Shown: positions 29,019 to 38,119 of the stretch, one piece after another | Layout of the letters: every line of letters begins with the position of its first letter | Position numbering within the stretch: position 1 is the first letter of the stretch | Assembly: GCA_028344675.1 (NCBI GenBank) | Contig: JAOMBT010000002.1 | Location: 830 to 64,829 of the forward strand | Source: Acidimicrobiaceae bacterium | GTDB taxonomy: Bacteria; Actinomycetota; Acidimicrobiia; Actinomarinales; Actinomarinaceae | Length of the DNA: 64,000 nt | Reading direction: 5' to 3' | Notes under the pieces: model-generated | What the model was told of the DNA's origin: nothing | The model's database searches: none | The model's input: the letters and a program-made list of their open reading frames with translations, nothing else | Program-made: the position numbers and the translations under genes

Positions 29019-29942
29019 ATGAAAGTATTATTAGTTGGTTCCGAAGGCTTTCTTGGAGGATGGGTAAAAAAATTATTACTCAAAGATAATGAACATGAAT
29101 TAGTTGAAATCCGTGGAAAAAACGACTTAGATATAACAAATATAGAGAAACTTGATAAATTTTTCATAAATCACAAACCACAAGCAGTTATAAACTGTGC
29201 TGCTTTTGTTGGAGGTATCTCCTATGGCTACAAATTTCCGGCAAAAATGCTGTATGAAAATTCAAAAATGGCTTTAAATCTTTATCAAATTTCTAATTCG
29301 AACAAAGTTTCAGTACTAGTAAACCCAATTTCAAACTGCGCCTACCCAGGACATTTAAATACATATAAAGAAGATAATTTCTTTGACGGGCCTCCACATG
29401 AATCAGTTTATAACTACGCAATGTCAAAAAGAATGTGTGTAGATTTAGGTAACAGTTTTTTCAACGAATATAACTTTACTTCTGCAAATGTCATATTGTC
29501 GAACATGTATGGTCCCGAAGATCATTTTGATATTGAGCGATCTCATGCATTAGGTGCCCTAGTTAAAAAAATATCTGATGCAAAAATGAATAATGAAAGC
29601 AGTGTAGAAATTTGGGGTACAGGAAATCCAATAAGAGAATGGTTATATGTTCATGATGGTGCAAGAGCTTTGCTGAAATCTTTAAACCTAAAGAGCGGCC
29701 ACTATTTTTTTAACATTGGAGTAAAAAAAGGAATATCAATTATTGATTTAGCAAATATTATTAAAGAAAAGGTTGGGTGGAAAGGAAAATTTTCATTCAA
29801 TTTGGATAAACCTGATGGAGTTCTCGAAAAAAAAGTTGATGGTATAAAGGGTTCTCAACTTTTAGAATGGGAACCAGAGTTTGAATTAGAATACGGAATA
29901 GAAAAAACTATAAATTGGTATAAAGAAACACATGGAAGATAA
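29019..29942 (+). CDS. fcl: GDP-L-fucose synthase (GDP-4-keto-6-deoxymannose 3,5-epimerase/4-reductase)
   Basis: NCAAFVGGISYGYKFPAKMLYEN...SNMYGPEDHF...IWGTGNPIREWLYVHDGA parallels E. coli Fcl AAKVGGIVANNTYPADFIYQN...NLYGPHDNF...VWGSGTPMREFLHVDD. Immediately downstream of gmd. Confidence 0.75.
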   Translation: MKVLLVGSEGFLGGWVKKLLLKDNEHELVEIRGKNDLDITNIEKLDKFFINHKPQAVINCAAFVGGISYGYKFPAKMLYENSKMALNLYQISNSNKVSVLVNPISNCAYPGHLNTYKEDNFFDGPPHESVYNYAMSKRMCVDLGNSFFNEYNFTSANVILSNMYGPEDHFDIERSHALGALVKKISDAKMNNESSVEIWGTGNPIREWLYVHDGARALLKSLNLKSGHYFFNIGVKKGISIIDLANIIKEKVGWKGKFSFNLDKPDGVLEKKVDGIKGSQLLEWEPEFELEYGIEKTINWYKETHGR

Positions 29943-30357
29943 AAATATAAAACATATCACCCTAAATGGTGAAATATATGCTTCAATTTTTGACATAAGA
30001 AATATTCCAGAAGGTCTCGATTTTTTAACTAATGACAAATCTTTCATTCAAGTAGGCACTTGGAATTACAAAAAAGATAAGATTTTAGATGCGCATTTTC
30101 ATAATTACTTTGAAAGAAGCTCATACAGAACACAAGAAGTTGTATATGTCTTACAAGGAAAGATTAAATGTAATCTATACGAAGAGGATACGTCTTATAT
30201 TGATTCTGCAATTGTAGAAGCAGGAATGATGATTGTTCAATATCAAGGGGTTCACGAATATGAAATGATAGAAGATTCAAAAGTTTTAGAAGTTAAAAAT
30301 GGACCTTATCATGGACCAGACAAAGATCGAACACGAGTAAATGTTAGAAAAAATTAA
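29932..30357 (+). CDS. Cupin-fold sugar 3,4-ketoisomerase (FdtA/WxcM-like)
   Basis: 141 aa. ...DAHFHNYFERSSYRTQEVVYVLQGKIKCNLYEED carries the HxH pair (cf. FdtA RGxHAH) and the beta-rich layout of WxcM-like isomerases. Overlaps fcl by 11 nt. Confidence 0.5.
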   Translation: MEDKNIKHITLNGEIYASIFDIRNIPEGLDFLTNDKSFIQVGTWNYKKDKILDAHFHNYFERSSYRTQEVVYVLQGKIKCNLYEEDTSYIDSAIVEAGMMIVQYQGVHEYEMIEDSKVLEVKNGPYHGPDKDRTRVNVRKN

Positions 30358-31429
30358 TCAAGTAGAACCAAATATTTCTGGAGACGACATTCAGAGAGTG
30401 AATGATTATATGTCTAGTGGTGCATGGATAACTGAGCATGCACTAACTAAAGAATTAGAAGAGAAGATAGCCGATTTTGTTGGTCGAAAATATGCAGTTG
30501 CAGTACCTAATGGCACCATTGCTATCTACTTGTCATTGCTTGCTGCGGGACTTACTGAAGGTAAGCGAGTTGCAGTTCCGAATATAACTATGATTGCAAC
30601 AATTAATGCAATACTTTGGGCAGGAGCTGAGCCAGTAATAATAGATCTTAATGAGCGCTTATGTATGTCTCTCAAGTCATTACAAACAGTGGACAAGCTT
30701 GATGGAGTTATATATGTACCATTAAATGGTAGAACAGAAGACGGTATAGCAATAGAAAACTATTGTAATGATAAAAATATTATCTTAATCGAAGATTCTG
30801 CTCACTCTCTTGGTTCACGGTATCAAGATAAGATGTGTGGTTCACTCGGAAGTATAAGTGTATTTTCATTTACACCTCATAAAATAATCACAATGGGCCA
30901 AGGGGGTCTAGTCTTAACTGATGATGATAGTCTTTATGAGTATCTTTTAGATTTAAAAACGTTTAATAGATCAAAAGATAGAAGTGACTGGCATGACGGA
31001 TTTGGACTTAATTTTAAAATAACCGATTTACAATCTGCGCTGGGTCTTTCACAATTTGAAAAAATTAATGAATTTGTAAAAGTAAAAAGAGAAATGTTTC
31101 AAATTTATAAAAGTAGTATTGAAAATTATAATTTTATTAATTTTTTTGAATACGAAACTCCTTGGTTTGTAGATTTAATTTGCAAATCAGAAACAGAAAG
31201 AAATGATTTAAAACTTTCTCTTGAAGATAATAATATTTTAACCAGAGAATCCTATCCAGCTTTAAGTAAGCAAAGTTTTTTACAGAGTGTTGAGAAAACG
31301 AATCTAGAATTTTCTGAAAATGTTTCTGATAACATCCTCTGGTTACCGTCTTCTACTAATTTAACAAAAGATCAAATAAATGAAATCGTTGATCAAATTT
31401 CAACTTTATGGACAACAAAGTATTTATAA
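30341..31429 (+). CDS. DegT/DnrJ/EryC1/StrS-family PLP-dependent sugar aminotransferase
   Basis: VPNGTIAIYLSLLAAGLTEGKRVAVPNITMIATINAILWAGAEPVIID and SFTPHKIITMGQGGLVLTDD (the PLP-lysine region SFxxxKxxxxGEGG). Confidence 0.8.
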   Translation: MLEKINQVEPNISGDDIQRVNDYMSSGAWITEHALTKELEEKIADFVGRKYAVAVPNGTIAIYLSLLAAGLTEGKRVAVPNITMIATINAILWAGAEPVIIDLNERLCMSLKSLQTVDKLDGVIYVPLNGRTEDGIAIENYCNDKNIILIEDSAHSLGSRYQDKMCGSLGSISVFSFTPHKIITMGQGGLVLTDDDSLYEYLLDLKTFNRSKDRSDWHDGFGLNFKITDLQSALGLSQFEKINEFVKVKREMFQIYKSSIENYNFINFFEYETPWFVDLICKSETERNDLKLSLEDNNILTRESYPALSKQSFLQSVEKTNLEFSENVSDNILWLPSSTNLTKDQINEIVDQISTLWTTKYL

Positions 31430-31433
31430 AATA

Positions 31434-32114
31434 ATGAAAACACAAGACACTGAATTACATGATGTTTCCTTAATTATTGCAACATACAATGAAGAGGAAT
31501 CCCTTGGTTATGTTCTTGATGAAATAAAAGACTTTAACATAGGAGAAATTATTATTATCGACAAAAATTCAACAGATAATACTAAACATATTGCAGAAAA
31601 ATACGATGTAAAATTTATCACTCAGTCACAAGAAGGTTGGGGAGGTGCTGTTAAAGAAGCCATAGGCCTGTCTTCTAAAGAATATATAACATATATGGAT
31701 GGAGATGGTTCATACAATCCAAAAGCTTTACATGAAATGAAAAGTCTTATAAAAGACCAAGATGCGGTTTTTTGTTCAAGATATAAAGATGGTGCAAAGA
31801 GTCCTGATGATACATTTATTAGAGCAATTGGAAATAAACTTTTTACAAATTTTGTTAGATTTAGATTTGGTTGTGAAATTACAGATTCTCTTTTCTTTTA
31901 CCCGATGTTTAATAGAGATATTTTAAAAAAAGTTAATCTTCAATCTGACGACTTCACACTGTGTTTGGAACTTCCTGTAAAAGTTCATCAAAATAAATTG
32001 AAATATACTGAAATTCTCAGCGAAGAAAGAGAAAGATATGCTGGTAAAACAAAAGTCAATGCTTTAATTGACGGTTCTAAAATACTGAAAGGAATCTTTT
32101 CAATAACAAGATAG
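31434..32114 (+). CDS. GT2 glycosyltransferase (DPM1-like, soluble)
   Basis: VSLIIATYNEEESLGYVLDEIKDF...IIIIDKNSTDNT...YMDGDGSYNP (DxD and DGDGS motifs). The start is taken at the internal MKTQ (track ORF 31380..32114) to avoid overlapping the aminotransferase. Confidence 0.65.
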   Translation: MKTQDTELHDVSLIIATYNEEESLGYVLDEIKDFNIGEIIIIDKNSTDNTKHIAEKYDVKFITQSQEGWGGAVKEAIGLSSKEYITYMDGDGSYNPKALHEMKSLIKDQDAVFCSRYKDGAKSPDDTFIRAIGNKLFTNFVRFRFGCEITDSLFFYPMFNRDILKKVNLQSDDFTLCLELPVKVHQNKLKYTEILSEERERYAGKTKVNALIDGSKILKGIFSITR

Positions 32115-32115
32115 T

Positions 32116-32658
32116 ATGAAATTACATTTAGGTTGCGGTAAAAGGTATATAGAAGGCTTTACACATATTGATGTAGTCAAATACGATCATATAGATTTTG
32201 AAATACCGGTTGATAAGTTAGATATATTTTCCAACAACTCTATAGATGAAATTTACGCATCTCATGTTATTGAGTACTTTGATAGAGATAAAGTAAAGAA
32301 TGTACTGGAAGAATGGTATAGGGTACTAAAACCAGGAGGACTTTTAAGGCTTGCAGTTCCTAATTTTAATTCATTGATTAAAGTCTATGAAAAATCAAAT
32401 GATTTGAATAAAATACTTGGACCTCTATACGGTAAGTGGGATATTGGTGATGAGAGTATTTATCATAGAACTGTTTATGACAAACAAAGCTTAACGGATG
32501 TACTGCTAGAAGCTAAATTTTATAATGTTATAGAGTGGGACTGGTCAATAGTTTTCAAAGATTTAGTTAATTATGATGATCATTCTCAGGCATATTTTCC
32601 ACATATGGATAAATCAAATGGGATACATATTAGTTTGAATTTGGAATGTACTAAGTGA
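32116..32658 (+). CDS. Class I SAM-dependent methyltransferase (Methyltransf_11-like)
   Basis: MKLHLGCGKRYIEGFTHIDV...VIEYFDRDKVKNVLEEWYRVLKPGGLLRL matches motifs I and post-II/III of type 11 methyltransferases. Confidence 0.7.
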   Translation: MKLHLGCGKRYIEGFTHIDVVKYDHIDFEIPVDKLDIFSNNSIDEIYASHVIEYFDRDKVKNVLEEWYRVLKPGGLLRLAVPNFNSLIKVYEKSNDLNKILGPLYGKWDIGDESIYHRTVYDKQSLTDVLLEAKFYNVIEWDWSIVFKDLVNYDDHSQAYFPHMDKSNGIHISLNLECTK

Positions 32659-33860
32659 AGTCGAAACAAGATAAGAAACATTTTTATCTTGTTTCAATAA
32701 TACATCTAATAATTTTTGTTCCTTTTGTTATACAAAAAACAATTGGTCCAGATTGGGATTCATACGCATTAATTGGGACTATTACAAACTTGTACAAAGA
32801 TTCTCTGTACTTGCCTTCTAGGCCGCCAGGTTTTCCTGTTTATGAATTTTTCTTAACAGGTCTTTACTCAATTTCAAATATTATAAATATAGAATTTGAA
32901 GTCGTTTTTATTTTAAGTCAGTATCTATTTGTTCTTGCTAACAACTATTTGATTTATAAATTTTTCCTAAAATTAGATTATAAAAATTATTTACTTTATT
33001 ACGTAGCCGTTTTATCACCTATATATTTAATTAGCGGCTTATCTATTATTGATTATCATGCAGGTTTATTGTTTGGGTTCTTAGGAATATTTTTAGCGCT
33101 CTACAAACCTCATTCAATATATTTTGTTTCTGTATTCTTAGCTATCTCTTCTGGTATTAGATTATCTAATCTTTTATTTTTTATTGTTGTTGTAGGTATA
33201 TTGCTTGGAAATAAAATTGAATTTAGAAGAATTGCTTACTTTTCCGCTGTCACTTTATTTTTATCTTTAGTAATTTACATTCCAGGATATATAAATTTAT
33301 GGGATTCATCTCTTTCAGGCAAGTTAACAAATTATTTTGATATCGTATGTGTTTTGAACTTGACCAACATAGACCATTCACTACTTGATCGTTTAGGAAG
33401 GTTTGTTTTGAAACAGTTAGATTTTTTAGGCATTGTAGGTTCTATTATTGTACTAATCTGCCTAACTAAGATTCGAAAAGAGAATATATACAATAATTAT
33501 TATTTCTTTATGATTTTTATTCTTTTTCAAATAAGTTTTTTAAGACTACCCACTGAAGAGGGCCATTTATTACCAGCTTTTATAGCATTCATTTTTATAT
33601 TAAATTCTTTGAAAATTAAAAATATGTTCTTAATGATTATTCTCATCTCTACATTATTAAGCAACTTCCTATTTATAAGCATTTATGATGTAGATACCCC
33701 AGATCAAGCTACTGAAATCTATTTTAATTTTGAATTAGAGCAAGGCCTACTTTTTAAAGACTTTGAAGCTAGAGAAAATATAGGTAAAGATAAAAAATAT
33801 CATTATGAAAATTCTTATTACTCAATTAAAGATGTTTGGAAAGACGGGTGTCCTAATTAA
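32655..33860 (+). CDS. Polytopic membrane protein, candidate GT-C-like glycosyltransferase
   Basis: 401 aa with ~11 helices. First-loop motif GPDWDSYALIGTITNLYK (DxDxYxxI). Confidence 0.3.
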   Translation: MKSKQDKKHFYLVSIIHLIIFVPFVIQKTIGPDWDSYALIGTITNLYKDSLYLPSRPPGFPVYEFFLTGLYSISNIINIEFEVVFILSQYLFVLANNYLIYKFFLKLDYKNYLLYYVAVLSPIYLISGLSIIDYHAGLLFGFLGIFLALYKPHSIYFVSVFLAISSGIRLSNLLFFIVVVGILLGNKIEFRRIAYFSAVTLFLSLVIYIPGYINLWDSSLSGKLTNYFDIVCVLNLTNIDHSLLDRLGRFVLKQLDFLGIVGSIIVLICLTKIRKENIYNNYYFFMIFILFQISFLRLPTEEGHLLPAFIAFIFILNSLKIKNMFLMIILISTLLSNFLFISIYDVDTPDQATEIYFNFELEQGLLFKDFEARENIGKDKKYHYENSYYSIKDVWKDGCPN

Positions 33861-33867
33861 TTAAGAA

Positions 33868-34353
33868 TTAGTTTGTATTGAAAAGTATTGAAATAAAATT
33901 TTGTAGAAGTACAAAATTTTTAATCCTTGAAGTTAATTTATATCCACCATCAACTTTTTCTATATATCCTGTGTAGAGCTGCTCTTCAATTCTCTTGTCT
34001 AAAAAAGTATCATTATTTGTAATTTTTTTTATTTCATTTCTTAGTTCATCCTTTGTTATTACGGTATCCACTACTTCTTGCGTAAGATTATTAAGTAAAC
34101 TTACAGATACAGACCTCTCATAACTAACAGGGAATAAAACAAAAAAACCAAAATTCATAGAGAAAACCATAACTATAATCATTAATGTATTGACTGCCTT
34201 TTTTCTTAACAAATAATAATTAAATAATGACGAAATAAGTAACAAATAAATTCCATCGAAGAAATAAATATTTGTAAATTTCAAGAAATCAAATTGAAGT
34301 AAAATGATAAAAAGAACGGTTGTGAAAGTGAATATTTTTATAAAATTTTTCAA
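33868..34353 (-). CDS. Membrane protein (3 TM helices plus a C-terminal soluble segment), unknown function
   Basis: Hydrophobicity only. Translationally coupled to the upstream large membrane protein. Confidence 0.3.
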   Translation of the reverse strand: MKNFIKIFTFTTVLFIILLQFDFLKFTNIYFFDGIYLLLISSLFNYYLLRKKAVNTLMIIVMVFSMNFGFFVLFPVSYERSVSVSLLNNLTQEVVDTVITKDELRNEIKKITNNDTFLDKRIEEQLYTGYIEKVDGGYKLTSRIKNFVLLQNFISILFNTN

Positions 34354-36338
34354 TTGAAAACCTTTACTTTTTTTAGTAATTTTCTAATTTGTTCATCATT
34401 GTAAAGATTATTTAAAGATAAAAAGCAAAGACCTATAATAATGTGTCTTGGATAGAAAAGTTCTGGATCATAAATTAGAAATGGGATAAGATTCAATAAA
34501 CCTAGAATATAGAAATCATTTTTTTGAAAAGTTCTACTCTTGAGTATTGATATTAAAAAATTTAAATTAGATAATAGAAAAATACTGAATCCTATATAAA
34601 TTATTTCTGGTCCAAGCGTCATCAATATTTTCTCATTAAAAGGGTTGATTATTATATAGTTTAAATTTTTTACGAGGTCAAAATCTAAATTTCTACCGTA
34701 GTTCCAACCAGTAGTAATCAATACAAATTCTTTTCCAAAATATAAATTATGAATTAATGGAAGTAAAAGAATTAAAAAGAAAGAAGCCCCTTTCTTAAAA
34801 GTTATATTTTGTCTGTAGAAAAATAATGTGCCTAATGCAAATAAACCAGTTTCTGGCCTAATGAGTACACCAAGTGCAAGAACGAAAACTCCTATTGTTA
34901 TTTTATTTTTTTTCAGCATGTAAATTGATATTAAAAATATCATTAGCGAACTTGCTTCAGACATTCCATATAGAAAAATATTTCTTACATTATCTGAAAT
35001 TAAAAATATTACAAAGAGAAAGGAGATAGGATTAATATTTTTTGAACATAGAAATATAAGGTTTACACACAATGAAAGCATGGCAATCCATACAACATTC
35101 CAAAAATCCCCAAAAATTAAATGAAGTGAGTAAAGAAAATATCTGTAGCCAGGAGAATATAAGAAAACACTTGACCCCCCTCTAAGTCCATCTCCTTCAA
35201 AAATTAGTCTTGCTTGATTTTCATATGTTAAGCTGTCAGATCCTCCAGGTTTAACAATTAAATCAAAAGTATTCCATGGATAGTCAATGATTATGAATGA
35301 AAGGAGTATGAAAATTTGTACGAAATTAAAGTAGGAGAATTTTGAATTGTTGAAATAGAGGTAGATTAAAAGTAAGCATAAGTAAGCGTAAATTTTTATA
35401 AATCTACTCTGGGAAATATCAAAATTGTAAATTAAAGACAAAACAAATGTCAATATAAACAAAAACAAATAATTTCTATTTATATTTCTCGTTATATTTT
35501 TTAAATTAAAAATAACGAATGCACAAATTACTATAAAGGAATAAAAATTAGTACTTACTCTCGAACCCCCGTCTTCTGTTATTACTAATTTGGCAAATTT
35601 TTCATAAGGGTAGCCACTTTTTAATGTTGGTATATGCTTAATTTTCCACTCAAGATAAGAATATTTAATCATTACATGAGTAGCATCTTTTGGTACGTCA
35701 ATAGTAACTGTATTTTCATTCCAATATCTAGTTGGTATCCCGTAGCCAGTTGAGCCATCATTAAATTTTACAGTTACTTCTCCTATGTAATTAATTTCTA
35801 ACTGGGAAGTATTTTTATCTAGCTCTTTGTAAAGTTTCATTTTAAAAGGAAGCCAATCTCGTCTCAGTTCATAAATATTAAATTTTGAGTGATTTAAAAA
35901 ACCTAAAGGAAAATTTGAAGAGTTAGCACCCAGCCATTGATAATTTTCATCAAGAGTTTTAAATTCAATTTTTTCAACTTTGTCGGTAAAAATTGAATTT
36001 AAATTGTTAAAACTTTTCGCACATGTTGAGTCGTAGTATTCATATGTAAAACTATTTTGGACAGGAGTTGAGCTGTCATCTACACAAATTAACCACAAAT
36101 TTGGTGTGCTAACTAAAAAAAATACTTTTACAAAAAATAAAATTGAAAAAAATAGATAACTTATTTTTAAATTTTTTTGTTCTATCTTGTAAATACATAA
36201 AACTAACAATAATAATAATAAAAATGAAGTTTTTGAATTATATGGGATTCCAGATAAATAACCTAAACCCTTGACTGGAAATACAACAATTATTAAAAAT
36301 AATAATTTATAAATCATATTTTTTTTTATAAAACTCAT
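34350..36338 (-). CDS. Large membrane protein: N-terminal ~280 aa extracytoplasmic domain plus a C-terminal polytopic domain related to the 36421/38120 paralogs; candidate GT-C glycosyltransferase
   Basis: 662 aa. The C-terminal half has GGSDSLTYENQARLIFEGDGLRGGSSVFLYSPGYRYF (DxxxYxxxARLI, cf. ArnT DEARYAEIAREM) followed by at least 8 helices. Confidence 0.35.
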   Translation of the reverse strand: MSFIKKNMIYKLLFLIIVVFPVKGLGYLSGIPYNSKTSFLLLLLLVLCIYKIEQKNLKISYLFFSILFFVKVFFLVSTPNLWLICVDDSSTPVQNSFTYEYYDSTCAKSFNNLNSIFTDKVEKIEFKTLDENYQWLGANSSNFPLGFLNHSKFNIYELRRDWLPFKMKLYKELDKNTSQLEINYIGEVTVKFNDGSTGYGIPTRYWNENTVTIDVPKDATHVMIKYSYLEWKIKHIPTLKSGYPYEKFAKLVITEDGGSRVSTNFYSFIVICAFVIFNLKNITRNINRNYLFLFILTFVLSLIYNFDISQSRFIKIYAYLCLLLIYLYFNNSKFSYFNFVQIFILLSFIIIDYPWNTFDLIVKPGGSDSLTYENQARLIFEGDGLRGGSSVFLYSPGYRYFLYSLHLIFGDFWNVVWIAMLSLCVNLIFLCSKNINPISFLFVIFLISDNVRNIFLYGMSEASSLMIFLISIYMLKKNKITIGVFVLALGVLIRPETGLFALGTLFFYRQNITFKKGASFFLILLLPLIHNLYFGKEFVLITTGWNYGRNLDFDLVKNLNYIIINPFNEKILMTLGPEIIYIGFSIFLLSNLNFLISILKSRTFQKNDFYILGLLNLIPFLIYDPELFYPRHIIIGLCFLSLNNLYNDEQIRKLLKKVKVFN

Positions 36339-36420
36339 TGAGTTAAAGCTATCCTTTATGTTGAAGTCATATTATATAAATTTATAGTAATGCAAATAAA
36401 AAAATTTTTGAGGAAAGTAC

Positions 36421-38097
36421 GTGGTAATAAATAAATTTAAAGTTTTTTCAATTTTTTATTTTTTTTCTTCATTAATTTTTACTTTTAGTATTGGTGAAAT
36501 TTTTTATAACTCAATTGATGGAACTGATTTCTATCGTTATTTTCGATATATTGAATATTTTAAGGGGTCGATAGAAACTACGTCTAGAGAACAAGGTTTA
36601 TTTTATTTTTGGTTTATATCATTATTTATTGACTTCTACGATCAGTATTATATTGCCGATAAATGGGAGTTTATATACAGCTCTGCTATTCAGATGGGAA
36701 ATTTTATTTTATATTTAATTGGATTATTAGGTTTATTTATTTTTCTAAAAACCAAAAAGATAAATACGACAAAAATTTTTATTTCCCTATCCTTTTTAAA
36801 CTTTTTCCCACCTGTATTTGGTGCGAGGTTAATAATGAAACCTGAGATGCTTGCATTTGCAATATTTCCCTGGATTTTGATAGGTTTAGATAAATACTTT
36901 TTAAACAAAGAAATTTCACACCTTCTGAGTGTTGTCCCACTATTGGCAATTATTGCAACAAGTAAAGGAACAGTTTTTATTTTAATAGCTTCATCACTTC
37001 TATTTATTTACTTCAACAAGATTAGAAAACTGAAATTTTTCGATATTGGAATTGCCATTACAATTTTTACAATAATGTCATACTTTCTATATCAAGAAAA
37101 TCTAAATGCTAATTCTGTAAGCATGCTTTCTCATCCAGAACTAGAGTCATATCGATATAAAGCAAGCTTTTCATTTATTTATACCCTCAGTATTAGCGAT
37201 TTATTTTTAAAACCTTTTAGGAATGTTCACGCAGGGTCTCTTTTTGGAATTACCTTTATAGATTTATTCGGGGATTACTTTAATCGGTATTGGGATCATG
37301 AAAGAAGTTTATTTATTTCTAATAGAAGAGAGGTGGTTTCATTTTTAGATTATCCAAGACGAAACATCTCAGTAATTTTTTCAATTGTATTTTTTATATC
37401 AACTTTCATAAAAGGAAAATCATTTAAGCACTCTCCATACACTAAAGTCTATTTAGTTGGTATAGCAATACTTTTATTAACATCACTTGGGGTATTTGGT
37501 CTTCACTTTAATCCAAACAAAGGAGATACAGTAAAAACACATTACTACTTCTTTTTACTAGCTTTTTCATTCATATTTATAGTTATAAAATTTTTGAATG
37601 AAACAAAACAAAAAACACATGTAATTTTTCTTATTTTTATCTTCCTAGCTTTTTCATTTATAGTTGGCTTTCCTAAAAACTATGAAGCTGATTTTAACGA
37701 GACACTGAGTGAAAAAATTTCTACAACATTAAGTTGTCGTTTCGTCAGTTCTTATTTTGAGAATATTAAAGATCTTGATATTAAGTGCTTAACAAAACAG
37801 CTTGCTACTTGTGGCTCATTCAATCAATACAATAAACCAATTGAACACGAGGATGGGTACCTAATATTTCAGGCAGATGAATTTTTTCAAAACGTTAATT
37901 TACAAGACACTGATGGAAATACGGTAACAGTTACAGGATATGCAGAATGTTTACATTATCTTGAAGGAGGGTATTTCAAAAATCAATCAGTTGATTATGT
38001 GGATAGGACACCTCCGGTCAATAGATTATTTTTGTATTTAGCCATGCTTAGTATTTTTTACATACTTTATAACAGTAGAAATAGTTTCAAAAAATAA
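36421..38097 (+). CDS. Polytopic membrane protein, paralog A (candidate GT-C-fold glycosyltransferase)
   Basis: Shares four motif blocks with 38120..39445. They are DGTDFYRYFRYIEYFKG...TSREQGLFYFW, LNFFPPVFGARLIMKPEMLAF, FGITFIDLFGDYFNRYWDHERSLF and NPNKGDTVKTHYY. There are also ~150 aa of extra C-terminal extracytoplasmic sequence. Confidence 0.4.
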   Translation: MVINKFKVFSIFYFFSSLIFTFSIGEIFYNSIDGTDFYRYFRYIEYFKGSIETTSREQGLFYFWFISLFIDFYDQYYIADKWEFIYSSAIQMGNFILYLIGLLGLFIFLKTKKINTTKIFISLSFLNFFPPVFGARLIMKPEMLAFAIFPWILIGLDKYFLNKEISHLLSVVPLLAIIATSKGTVFILIASSLLFIYFNKIRKLKFFDIGIAITIFTIMSYFLYQENLNANSVSMLSHPELESYRYKASFSFIYTLSISDLFLKPFRNVHAGSLFGITFIDLFGDYFNRYWDHERSLFISNRREVVSFLDYPRRNISVIFSIVFFISTFIKGKSFKHSPYTKVYLVGIAILLLTSLGVFGLHFNPNKGDTVKTHYYFFLLAFSFIFIVIKFLNETKQKTHVIFLIFIFLAFSFIVGFPKNYEADFNETLSEKISTTLSCRFVSSYFENIKDLDIKCLTKQLATCGSFNQYNKPIEHEDGYLIFQADEFFQNVNLQDTDGNTVTVTGYAECLHYLEGGYFKNQSVDYVDRTPPVNRLFLYLAMLSIFYILYNSRNSFKK

Positions 38098-38119
38098 AAT
38101 ATTTTAAGTATTTTCAAAT

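Noticed and set aside
28793-29167. ORF 28793..29167(-) overlapping the gmd/fcl junction
   Set aside because: Antisense to two strongly supported genes. Ser/Phe-rich translation typical of antisense frames.
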